Of a stretch of 33,805 bases of DNA, positions 7,061 to 13,858 are shown in pieces; position 1 is the stretch's first letter, and every line of letters begins with the position of its first letter. A program made the position numbers and the translations under genes. Under the pieces are notes generated by a model. It did no database searches, had not been told where the DNA came from, and saw nothing but the letters and a program-made list of their open reading frames with translations. This DNA is from a virus, in IMG/VR virus record IMGVR_UViG_3300001748_000001. One strand, written 5' to 3'.

Positions 7061-7956
7061 AGTTGTTTGATTTGTTTTTTTTGATCGTCTATTAAATCCC
7101 TATAATAAAAAGGATGATTTAATTCTGGTGGTTCTGCAAAGTTTGCAATCTTTTTAAGATCGCCTTTACAAAATACAATTAACTCTTCCCAAGATTTTAT
7201 TCTTTGGATCATTAGATTGTATTGGTCCTCTAAATATTTTGGATTGAGTTGATAATATTCTTTGTCAAATATTTTATATTCAACTTCATTTACATAAACT
7301 AAGTAAGGTATTCTATTGGTACAATGATAATAGAAAGCTACTTGTTTAATGTGCATTGGATCGGGTTCTGTTGGCAGCTGTGTTGTTGCCATGTAGTACT
7401 CATCTTTGTTTCTTCTCTTCTTTAAACTTGGTGGTTTGGTTTTAACTTCTAAAAATTTGGTATTTGATTCCATGTCAATTCTACCAATAATATCGAATAA
7501 CATTCCATCATCTTTTTTAGATACATATCGTTCAGCAACTAAATCTTCACCACCAAAAATTTTAATAACAGCTTCTGTTAAATGTTTTATTGTTGGATGT
7601 GCAAACTCTACCATCATATCTCTTGCAAGTTTATCTTTATCATCTACTGGTGGAGTAAGTTTATTTATCTCATCAAGTTCTTGTTGAAAGACATCATCAT
7701 AATCTTTATTCTCTAATGTTATTTTTTTATCGCCTTGAAATAAAACTTGACACAATAATCTTTGAGCTGTGTTATTAACTAAGTTTCCAAATGGTGCTTT
7801 GTATCGTATTAAAAAACTTCTTCTAAGTTCTTGTGGTAAAGAATAGTTTAATAAAAATCTTGTAAAGTTTTGGCTTGAAGATGGCGACCAATGGTCCAGA
7901 CCTTTACCCCCATTGAAGTTGGTAAAGTATTGTTTTAGGTTTTCTTTTGTAATCAT
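7042..7956 (-). CDS. PD-(D/E)XK (RecB/Cas4/lambda-Exo-like) exonuclease
   Basis: GRIDM...(x12)...LEVKTK (D...ExK) and downstream HIKQVAFYY (QxxxY). First gene of the leftward recombination block. Confidence 0.5.
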   Translation of the reverse strand: MITKENLKQYFTNFNGGKGLDHWSPSSSQNFTRFLLNYSLPQELRRSFLIRYKAPFGNLVNNTAQRLLCQVLFQGDKKITLENKDYDDVFQQELDEINKLTPPVDDKDKLARDMMVEFAHPTIKHLTEAVIKIFGGEDLVAERYVSKKDDGMLFDIIGRIDMESNTKFLEVKTKPPSLKKRRNKDEYYMATTQLPTEPDPMHIKQVAFYYHCTNRIPYLVYVNEVEYKIFDKEYYQLNPKYLEDQYNLMIQRIKSWEELIVFCKGDLKKIANFAEPPELNHPFYYRDLIDDQKKQIKQLWGLDA

Positions 7957-8001
7957 TTTTTCCTTTGTTGTTTTTTACACAAATTAACAGAATAAAACTT
8001 G

Positions 8002-8029
8002 TTGTCAAACTAAAAATCCATGCTATATA
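8002..8029 (+). promoter_or_regulatory. Sigma70-like promoter for the rightward early block (TTGTCA - 16 nt - TGcTATATA)
   Basis: TTGTCA at 8002-8007 and an extended -10 TGCTATATA at 8021-8029. The complement of the -35 region reads TTGACA for the divergent leftward block. Confidence 0.35.
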
Positions 8030-8065
8030 AATACACATAGTATAATAAAACAAAGGAGAAATTAA

Positions 8066-8299
8066 ATGACACTAGCTGAATGGCGAAAGAAACAAAACAT
8101 ATCCCACTATACACTAGGACAGATGTTGGGATTTAGATCTATAAATCCCGCAACAAACTCACAACGATATTGCCTTGAGAGTAAAGAAAAAAGATTTCCA
8201 AAACCAAGTACAGTTAAAAAAATTTTGGAAGTGACTAAAGGTGAAGTTAAGATTGAAGATCTTTACCAGGCTTGGTGGGAATATGAAAAAGCAAAGTAA
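8066..8299 (+). CDS. Cro/XRE-like helix-turn-helix regulator
   Basis: 77 aa with RBS AAGGAG. LAEWRKKQNISHYTLGQMLGF is HTH-like. First gene after the divergent intergenic region. Confidence 0.5.
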   Translation: MTLAEWRKKQNISHYTLGQMLGFRSINPATNSQRYCLESKEKRFPKPSTVKKILEVTKGEVKIEDLYQAWWEYEKAK

Positions 8300-8552
8300 T
8301 AAACTACCTTATAAAAAAGTAAGAATTATTTGGCAAGATATTTGTAGCTCATCACAATGGTATGATGACTTGCAAGATGTGGATAACTTTGATTTTTCTT
8401 GGTGCGAAGACATAGGATATTTATATGAAAAAACTCCGAAGAAGATTACCATATTTAGTAGTTATTCTTATGATGGTAATAAGTTATCTGTTGGTAATAT
8501 ATCTTGCTATCCAAGATGTGTAGTTAAAAAAATAATATATGAAAAACAATAG
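8283..8552 (+). CDS. Hypothetical protein (the track ORF 8241-8552 probably starts at ATG 8283)
   Basis: MKKQSNKLPYKKVRIIWQDICSS... GGTGGG lies upstream of ATG 8283. Confidence 0.45.
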   Translation: MKKQSNKLPYKKVRIIWQDICSSSQWYDDLQDVDNFDFSWCEDIGYLYEKTPKKITIFSSYSYDGNKLSVGNISCYPRCVVKKIIYEKQ

Positions 8553-8558
8553 GAGAAA

Positions 8559-9389
8559 ATGATGATTGATAAAAATAGAAAAAAAAGTTTAACAGTAATT
8601 AGTTTAGGTGCTGGTGTTCAAAGTTCTGCAATGGCAATCATGGCAGCTAAAGGAGATTTACCAGAACCAGATTGTGCAATATTTGCAGACACAGGTTATG
8701 AACCTAAAATGGTTTATGCTTACCTTGAATTATTAAAAAAGATTTTACCTTACCCAATTCATATTGTTGCTAAAGGTAATATTAAAAAAGATATGTTAGA
8801 TTCAATAGATAATGGTACTAGATTTCCAACAGCTCCTTTCTTTACTAAGAATGCTGAGACAGGAAAAAAAGGTATGTTGCGTAGACAATGTACTAATGAT
8901 TATAAAATCCAACCTATTAGACAAAAGATAAGACAGCTTTCTAATGTAGCTAAAGGTAAACATTTTCCAAAAGATAAATATGTTGAGCAATGGATCGGCA
9001 TTTCAACTGATGAAATACAAAGAATGAAACCTGCTAGAGACAAATATATTTACAATCGACATCCTTTAATTGAAGCTAAAATGTCAAGACAAGATTGCCT
9101 TGATTATCTTAAAAAGAATGACATCCCTTTACCAGAAAAATCAGCTTGTATTGTATGTCCATACCACAATGATGCTTACTGGCATTTTATGAAAACTGAA
9201 AGACCAAGTGAGTTTGCGGATGCTGTAGAGTTTGATAAAAAAATTAGAACAGGTTCAAGAAACATAAGAGACAAATTATATCTTCATAGAAAATGTATTC
9301 CTTTAGATGAAGTTGAGTTTAATAAAAAGGAAACAGATAAACAACTTGATATGTTCAATAATGAATGCGAAGGAATGTGTGGGGTTTAG
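8559..9389 (+). CDS. PP-loop ATP-pyrophosphatase / PAPS-reductase-like protein with a C-terminal Cys cluster
   Basis: N-terminal SLGAGVQSSAMA (variant of the SGGxDS PP-loop). CIVCPYH and terminal NECEGMCGV cysteines. RBS AGGAG. Confidence 0.65.
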   Translation: MMIDKNRKKSLTVISLGAGVQSSAMAIMAAKGDLPEPDCAIFADTGYEPKMVYAYLELLKKILPYPIHIVAKGNIKKDMLDSIDNGTRFPTAPFFTKNAETGKKGMLRRQCTNDYKIQPIRQKIRQLSNVAKGKHFPKDKYVEQWIGISTDEIQRMKPARDKYIYNRHPLIEAKMSRQDCLDYLKKNDIPLPEKSACIVCPYHNDAYWHFMKTERPSEFADAVEFDKKIRTGSRNIRDKLYLHRKCIPLDEVEFNKKETDKQLDMFNNECEGMCGV

Positions 9390-9390
9390 T

Positions 9391-9612
9391 ATGAAAGAGT
9401 TTGATCGAATGAGACAAAAATTAATTGATCTTGAAGAGATTAATTTTACTAGTGATGAATACCATTCAGTATTTCAGATGGCAGCTTATGATCTGCTTAC
9501 TCACTCTGAAATGAGAAGTTTAATCTTAGCTTTCTGTGAAAAACTTAATCCAGAATTATCACCAAGAGAGTATGATAACATTAAAGATCACCATGTGGAT
9601 TTACCAGAATGA
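9391..9612 (+). CDS. Hypothetical protein (73 aa)
   Basis: ATG 2 nt after the PAPS-reductase-like stop, in frame with track ORF 9307-9612. Confidence 0.45.
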   Translation: MKEFDRMRQKLIDLEEINFTSDEYHSVFQMAAYDLLTHSEMRSLILAFCEKLNPELSPREYDNIKDHHVDLPE

Positions 9613-9788
9613 CCTACTCAACTATCTTTGATGATGCTGAATTAAAATCAGAATTAAAACGATACAAGAGAGAAGTGGATAAGCTAAGAAAAATAATTGA
9701 CATACTTGAAACTGATTTATCTGTCAAAGAGTATGAGATCAGACAACTAAAAGAAAGGTTAAAAAAATATGGAGTTAAAACTTCTTGA
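9609..9788 (+). CDS. Small coiled-coil protein (59 aa)
   Basis: ATGA overlap with 9391-9612. ...ELKRYKREVDKLRKIIDILETDLSVKEYEIRQLKERLKKYG. Overlaps the MTase start by 20 nt. Confidence 0.4.
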   Translation: MTYSTIFDDAELKSELKRYKREVDKLRKIIDILETDLSVKEYEIRQLKERLKKYGVKTS

Positions 9789-10752
9789 TTTATTTAGTGG
9801 CATAGGTGGATTTAGTTTAGGATTAGAATCTACAGGATATTTTAAAACGATTGCATTCGTAGAGAAAGATAAGTTTTGCCGTGAAGTATTAAAGAAAAAT
9901 TTTCCAAACATAACAATAGAAAGTGAGGTTAGAGATGTCAAAGGAGACAAGTACAAAGCAGATATTATTACAGGGGGATTTCCATGCCAACCATTCTCAG
10001 TTGCGGGAAAAAGAAAAGGAACAGATGATGACCGCTACCTCTGGGATGAAACTATTAGAATTATCAGAGAGACAAAACCAAGATGGTTTATTGGGGAAAA
10101 TGTTGAAGGAATTATTAACATCCAAAACGGCATGGTCCTCAGACAGGTGTGTGATGACTTGGAAGAAGAGGGTTTCGAAGTCCAATGTCTTGTTATACCA
10201 GCTAGTGGCATCGGTGCGTGGCATCAAAGGAAAAGAGTCTGGATTCTTGCCTACTCCAAACACAATGGATCACATAGACAGAAAAGGAATGAGACCATCG
10301 AGAGCAGCAACCAATCGAAAGAGTGGTTATCTGTCGGAGATAATCAAGATGTACCCAACACCAACTCAAGACTCGGCAAACGAGAGACAGAACAAATACA
10401 AACAAGGGGGAATGCCACTACCATTAGCGGTAAAGATGTACCCAACACCATCAGCGAGTTGCGAGATGGATGTAGTAGCACCACCAGAAACAGTACAACA
10501 AAACTCTCAAGGGTGGAGTGTGACGAGAGTAAAAACAGGTACAAAGTTTGGTGTGAAGTTGAACGATGTAGTGAACAAGGTACACGAAAAACATGGTGGC
10601 AAACTCAATCCAAATTTTGTAGAATTCCTCATGGCTTATCCACAAGATTGGACAAAGATCGAAAGAACAGAATAAAATCATTGGGTAATTCTATTGTTCC
10701 TCTTATTGCACGACAACTTGGATTAGCTATTATAAAAGCAGAACAAGAATAA
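9769..10752 (+). CDS. DNA (cytosine-5) methyltransferase, ORF1: motifs I-VIII and X in this frame, with a hydrophilic low-complexity middle
   Basis: FSGIGG (I), GGFPCQPFSVAGKRKG (IV), ENVEG (VI), GAWHQRKRVWILAY (VIII), LGNSIVP (X). RBS AGAAAGG. Confidence 0.8.
   Translation: MELKLLDLFSGIGGFSLGLESTGYFKTIAFVEKDKFCREVLKKNFPNITIESEVRDVKGDKYKADIITGGFPCQPFSVAGKRKGTDDDRYLWDETIRIIRETKPRWFIGENVEGIINIQNGMVLRQVCDDLEEEGFEVQCLVIPASGIGAWHQRKRVWILAYSKHNGSHRQKRNETIESSNQSKEWLSVGDNQDVPNTNSRLGKRETEQIQTRGNATTISGKDVPNTISELRDGCSSTTRNSTTKLSRVECDESKNRYKVWCEVERCSEQGTRKTWWQTQSKFCRIPHGLSTRLDKDRKNRIKSLGNSIVPLIARQLGLAIIKAEQE
9935..10675 (+). CDS. ORF2, nested entirely in the +1 frame of the MTase gene: PTP-repeat / LNPxFVEFLMxYPxxWT (TRD plus motif IX-like) protein
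   Basis: GAGG (9925-9928) 6 nt before ATG 9935. FLPTPNTMD, MYPTPTQDS, MYPTPSAS and KLNPNFVEFLMAYPQDWT. A-ending codon usage in its 3' two-thirds matches the rest of the genome. Confidence 0.5.
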   Translation: MSKETSTKQILLQGDFHANHSQLREKEKEQMMTATSGMKLLELSERQNQDGLLGKMLKELLTSKTAWSSDRCVMTWKKRVSKSNVLLYQLVASVRGIKGKESGFLPTPNTMDHIDRKGMRPSRAATNRKSGYLSEIIKMYPTPTQDSANERQNKYKQGGMPLPLAVKMYPTPSASCEMDVVAPPETVQQNSQGWSVTRVKTGTKFGVKLNDVVNKVHEKHGGKLNPNFVEFLMAYPQDWTKIERTE

Positions 10753-11126
10753 TGGCTAGATATACTTATGCCTTTAGCAATGGCAGCTATAACGATTGGC
10801 ACAGAAAATATGATGGTATTGCCATGATTGATGTGGATAGTATTGAAGTTTGTCCTAAATGTTATGAACCTTTGGCAATCCTTGAGACCTGTTTTGACAA
10901 GGGACAAAAATACAAGGCTACAAACCTCTGTAATACCCTTGCTAGACGGCTAAACATACCCTGTTTTTTAGTTTTTTATAAAAATACGACACCAACTACC
11001 CTAACCTTTAGGATCAAGCGAATAACAAGCTCTCAGACAGATTTTCAGTATATGAATGAAGATGAATGGGTATCAATACTGTATGAAATACAGGACCAAC
11101 ACAGAAAGGTATGTAAAATTGATTAA
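10752..11126 (+). CDS. Hypothetical protein with a CxxC motif
   Basis: TAATG overlap with the MTase stop. IDVDSIEVCPKCYEPLAILE... Confidence 0.5.
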   Translation: MARYTYAFSNGSYNDWHRKYDGIAMIDVDSIEVCPKCYEPLAILETCFDKGQKYKATNLCNTLARRLNIPCFLVFYKNTTPTTLTFRIKRITSSQTDFQYMNEDEWVSILYEIQDQHRKVCKID

Positions 11127-11799
11127 AACACGAGGTTTTTTACACTTAACTTATAAGCTATACCATTATTTAGACAAACTTGGCGAAAGAAAGGCAACTT
11201 GTTTATGTGTTTATCTTGCTTTACTTAAATATGCTTGGAAAAAAAACGATTATGTCTGTCATATCCGACATTCAACTTTAGAAAAAGATACTATGCTTTC
11301 AAGACCTACAATCAAACGATGTCTTGACACTTTAGAGACTTTAAATGTTATAAAATCTGTTCGAGGAAAGTCTGGCAAGACCTATGCTGTAAATGATAAG
11401 TTTTTAAAGGAAGAAAAAGCTATGATAGTAAATAATGAGCTATCTAATGTAAATAAAAGAGCTATATTAGAAGAAACAACATACCAATATAATAATATTA
11501 ATAAAATTATAGGTATGTATAGATCAGATAAGGATAAAATGATCTTAGAATTAGCCAAGCTACCCCTGTCAGACCTTAAAGCAGATACTAACAATGTTTA
11601 TTATTGTAAGTTAGCCATTCAAAAGAAAGAGGAACTTGCTCGTGAAAAAAATACAACTTATGTTAGTAGTGATAAGATATTATCAGCTCTTAAAAAGATT
11701 GGGAAGATGTCCAATCCTAGATACCGAGAGAAAGTAGAATTTAATAAAAGAAATTCGCTTGATTGGAAAGGAAGACCTATTGCCAAAGATAAAGATTAG
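11056..11799 (+). CDS. Winged-helix DNA-binding protein, possible replication initiator/organiser; start uncertain (ATG 11056/11083 or TTG 11119)
   Basis: ...CLCVYLALLKYAWKKNDYVCHIRHSTLEKDTMLSRPTIKRCLDTLETLNVIKSVRG resembles wHTH replication-initiator N-domains. Confidence 0.35.
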   Translation: MKMNGYQYCMKYRTNTERYVKLIKTRGFLHLTYKLYHYLDKLGERKATCLCVYLALLKYAWKKNDYVCHIRHSTLEKDTMLSRPTIKRCLDTLETLNVIKSVRGKSGKTYAVNDKFLKEEKAMIVNNELSNVNKRAILEETTYQYNNINKIIGMYRSDKDKMILELAKLPLSDLKADTNNVYYCKLAIQKKEELAREKNTTYVSSDKILSALKKIGKMSNPRYREKVEFNKRNSLDWKGRPIAKDKD

Positions 11800-12196
11800 A
11801 TGTGAGGCTATAGCCAAACACAGCGGTAAAAGATGTAGATGTTTGGGTAGATTTATCCCTACCTCAAGAAGAATACTGTGTCCTTATCATAAGGGGGGTA
11901 AGTCTTGGGATAATAAAACTAGGAAGTATAAAGGCTTGTATAAAAACGATAAAGTACCTATACAAAACAAGATTAAACTATTAAAAAACCTAAAGAATTT
12001 TAGAGATAAAACAGATGACGAAATCAAAGAGTATATCCTCAAAGAAGAAGAACGAGCTGCTAAGTCTAACCGATACCGAACAAAGTACTATGCTAGGTCA
12101 TTTAGTCGATGGAACAACCGCTTACGAAATAGCAAAAGAACTACAGATCAGCTTGAAAACTTTATACGATTACTTGGACAAAAATCCAAAGTTTAA
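11759..12196 (+). CDS. Very basic protein with an N-terminal Cys/His motif (non-ATG start in the track)
   Basis: RCEAIAKHSGKRCRCLG...CPYHKGG. The 3' 182 nt overlap ORF 12015-12488 in another frame. Confidence 0.35.
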   Translation: MIGKEDLLPKIKIRCEAIAKHSGKRCRCLGRFIPTSRRILCPYHKGGKSWDNKTRKYKGLYKNDKVPIQNKIKLLKNLKNFRDKTDDEIKEYILKEEERAAKSNRYRTKYYARSFSRWNNRLRNSKRTTDQLENFIRLLGQKSKV

Positions 12197-12488
12197 GGAC
12201 CAATTTAATAAGGCACAAGAACGAGGGGTTAAAACTTTAGTAGAAAAAATGTGTGTTATTTTTAATTCCGATGTTCAAGAATTATCTAATGAAGAACTAT
12301 TGTTTTTAAGAGAGAAACAAAATTGGTTAAAGTTTATTGCACCTAGATTGTCTTCTTTGTTTGTTGAAAAAACTAAGCAAGAGGTCAAGCAAGATACTAC
12401 TTTAAGGGTAATGTGGGAAGATAATCAAGATGATTTGATTGATGTGAGTGCCGAAGACATTCCGACACCCACAGAAATTAAAGATTAA
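12015..12488 (+). CDS. HTH protein resembling a terminase small subunit
   Basis: LTDTEQSTMLGHLVDGTTAYEIAKELQISLKTLYDYLDKNPKFKDQFNKAQERG is typical of the TerS N-terminal HTH. It is 3.2 kb away from TerL. Confidence 0.4.
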   Translation: MTKSKSISSKKKNELLSLTDTEQSTMLGHLVDGTTAYEIAKELQISLKTLYDYLDKNPKFKDQFNKAQERGVKTLVEKMCVIFNSDVQELSNEELLFLREKQNWLKFIAPRLSSLFVEKTKQEVKQDTTLRVMWEDNQDDLIDVSAEDIPTPTEIKD

Positions 12489-12637
12489 TTTTTAATTATT
12501 TGTTTTAAATATTTCTTTGCTTTTACTTTGTCTTTAACAAAGATAAATCTTTTTTTTATAATCTTATTTAAAAAACTTTCTAATTCTTGGTTAGAAAACT
12601 TTTTAATTTTTTGATTTGGGTAGTCTATTATATACAT
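12485..12637 (-). CDS. Small hypothetical protein (50 aa), last gene of the AT-rich leftward cassette
   Basis: AGAAAGGAAACC precedes the ATG (minus strand). MYIIDYPNQKIKKFSNQELESFLNKIIKKRFIFVKDKVKAKKYLKQIIKN. Confidence 0.35.
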   Translation of the reverse strand: MYIIDYPNQKIKKFSNQELESFLNKIIKKRFIFVKDKVKAKKYLKQIIKN

Positions 12638-12729
12638 GGTTTCCTTTCTGTTTATTTTTATAATGAGTGTAAATAATTCCTTTTACATTCAAAATATTTA
12701 TAAGTGTTTGTCTTTGTAGCTCTCTAATA

Positions 12730-12969
12730 TTATTTTTTTTTACTACTGACATAGTTTTTTAATCGTAAGTAATTAATATATTTATTCATATTAAGCTGCA
12801 ACCAATTAAATTTTTTGTACCATACTTTCTTAACCTCATTGTTTTGGCATCGTTCAATGGTGTCAATGAGATTTGTTTCAAAAAATTTTAATTCTTGTTT
12901 TTCATAGTCATTAAGAATTATATTTTCTTTAGGTATATCTAATTGATACAGTCTTTGTTCGTCTATCAT
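12730..12969 (-). CDS. Hypothetical protein
   Basis: 79-aa ORF preceded by an AAAGGACC-type RBS. Part of the co-oriented cassette. Confidence 0.45.
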   Translation of the reverse strand: MIDEQRLYQLDIPKENIILNDYEKQELKFFETNLIDTIERCQNNEVKKVWYKKFNWLQLNMNKYINYLRLKNYVSSKKK

Positions 12970-12980
12970 AATGGTCCTTT

Positions 12981-13217
12981 CTAGTATTCAAATACTTCAT
13001 AGTCATAATCTTTTGGTAAGTTAAAAATGTACTTAACTTGACCAAAACAAATAACTATTTTAATTATTTTATTTTTTATTTTACCTATCTTTTTTCTTAA
13101 ATAGTTATCATTACGAGTATTACATTCAACTACTTCATAATCGTAGTCTTCTGGTATCTCATAAGCATATTGAAACTTACCATCTTCCATTCTTATACAC
13201 ATTGTGTTGTCGTTCAT
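12981..13217 (-). CDS. Hypothetical protein with an internal repeat (P.DYDYEV.EC/Y occurs twice)
   Basis: 78 aa. IPEDYDYEVVEC and LPKDYDYEVFEY. TAATG coupling to the upstream ORF. Confidence 0.45.
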   Translation of the reverse strand: MNDNTMCIRMEDGKFQYAYEIPEDYDYEVVECNTRNDNYLRKKIGKIKNKIIKIVICFGQVKYIFNLPKDYDYEVFEY

Positions 13218-13387
13218 TATTCCTCGCTTTCTGTATCATCTTGAATTGTTAATTCTACTTGCTCATCAACTTCAATTATTGTTTCATATTGGCAACCATA
13301 CAAAGTATGGTCTTTCATATAATAAAATCTTAAATCTTTATTTTGATCACAAGATTTTAATTTTTTTATTAACTCTTTAACTTTCAT
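13217..13387 (-). CDS. Small acidic hypothetical protein (56 aa)
   Basis: MKVKELIKKLKSCDQNKDLRFYYMKDHTLYGCQYETIIEVDEQVELTIQDDTESEE. TAATG overlaps at both ends. Confidence 0.4.
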   Translation of the reverse strand: MKVKELIKKLKSCDQNKDLRFYYMKDHTLYGCQYETIIEVDEQVELTIQDDTESEE

Positions 13388-13506
13388 TATTTACCTACCT
13401 TTCTTATTTTAATTAATACATCTTGAAAATCTTCGAAATCATAAAAGTTTTTTTTGTATTTCTTTTTTAAGATCTCGGTAATTGATTTGTAGTTTTTTGC
13501 TTTCAT
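13387..13506 (-). CDS. Small hypothetical protein (39 aa)
   Basis: MKAKNYKSITEILKKKYKKNFYDFEDFQDVLIKIRKVGK. RBS AAAGAAAGGATAAT. Confidence 0.35.
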   Translation of the reverse strand: MKAKNYKSITEILKKKYKKNFYDFEDFQDVLIKIRKVGK

Positions 13507-13519
13507 ATTATCCTTTCTT

Positions 13520-13858
13520 TTATGCTACTTCTTGACTATCTAATTGATCTCTATAATCCTGGACAATTTCCTCGCCAATTATATAGACATACATATTAAC
13601 AATTTTTTCTGGATCACTAAAATCAGTATGGATCTCGCCAAAATTAAATTGCTCATACTCTTTTATGATTTCAATAATGTTAAATACTTGATTACCTAAC
13701 CATTGTTTAGCTTCATAAGTACCTACAATATAGTAATCAGTATTAAAAATATCGTGATGTAAATCGTCAATATTCTCTCTTATTTCTTTATCTGTTAAGT
13801 CGTTGATGTAATCATCAAAGTGAGCTTTGATCTCATCGTATTTATATTGCTTTGTCAT
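13520..13858 (-). CDS. Strongly acidic hypothetical protein (early, candidate host-takeover/anti-defence)
   Basis: 112 aa with 26 Asp/Glu versus 9 Lys/Arg by my count. Preceded by the conserved AGAAAGGTAAAACAATG cassette. Confidence 0.55.
   Translation of the reverse strand: MTKQYKYDEIKAHFDDYINDLTDKEIRENIDDLHHDIFNTDYYIVGTYEAKQWLGNQVFNIIEIIKEYEQFNFGEIHTDFSDPEKIVNMYVYIIGEEIVQDYRDQLDSQEVA

Noticed and set aside
5432-7687. Plus-strand track ORFs 5432-5665, 6198-6482 and 7406-7687 inside the leftward recombination block
   Set aside because: They are antisense to ORFs with recognisable motifs (Erf-like, PD-(D/E)XK). Their translations are Phe/Leu/Ser/Cys-rich, typical of the antisense of AT-rich genes.
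10636-10644. Perfect DnaA box TTATCCACA inside the MTase gene
   Set aside because: It is a single 9-mer. By a rough estimate, one chance occurrence on either strand of a 34-kb genome is not unlikely. I saw no cluster, only scattered 8/9 matches, and it lies in coding sequence (codons A-Y-P-Q of ORF2).
9997-10907. Five overlapping minus-strand ORFs (66-92 aa) antisense to the MTase region
   Set aside because: They have no RBS-like sequences and their translations are Leu/Ser/Cys/Phe-rich nonsense. They are best explained by the T-poor plus-strand composition lowering antisense stop density. The composition itself is reported instead.
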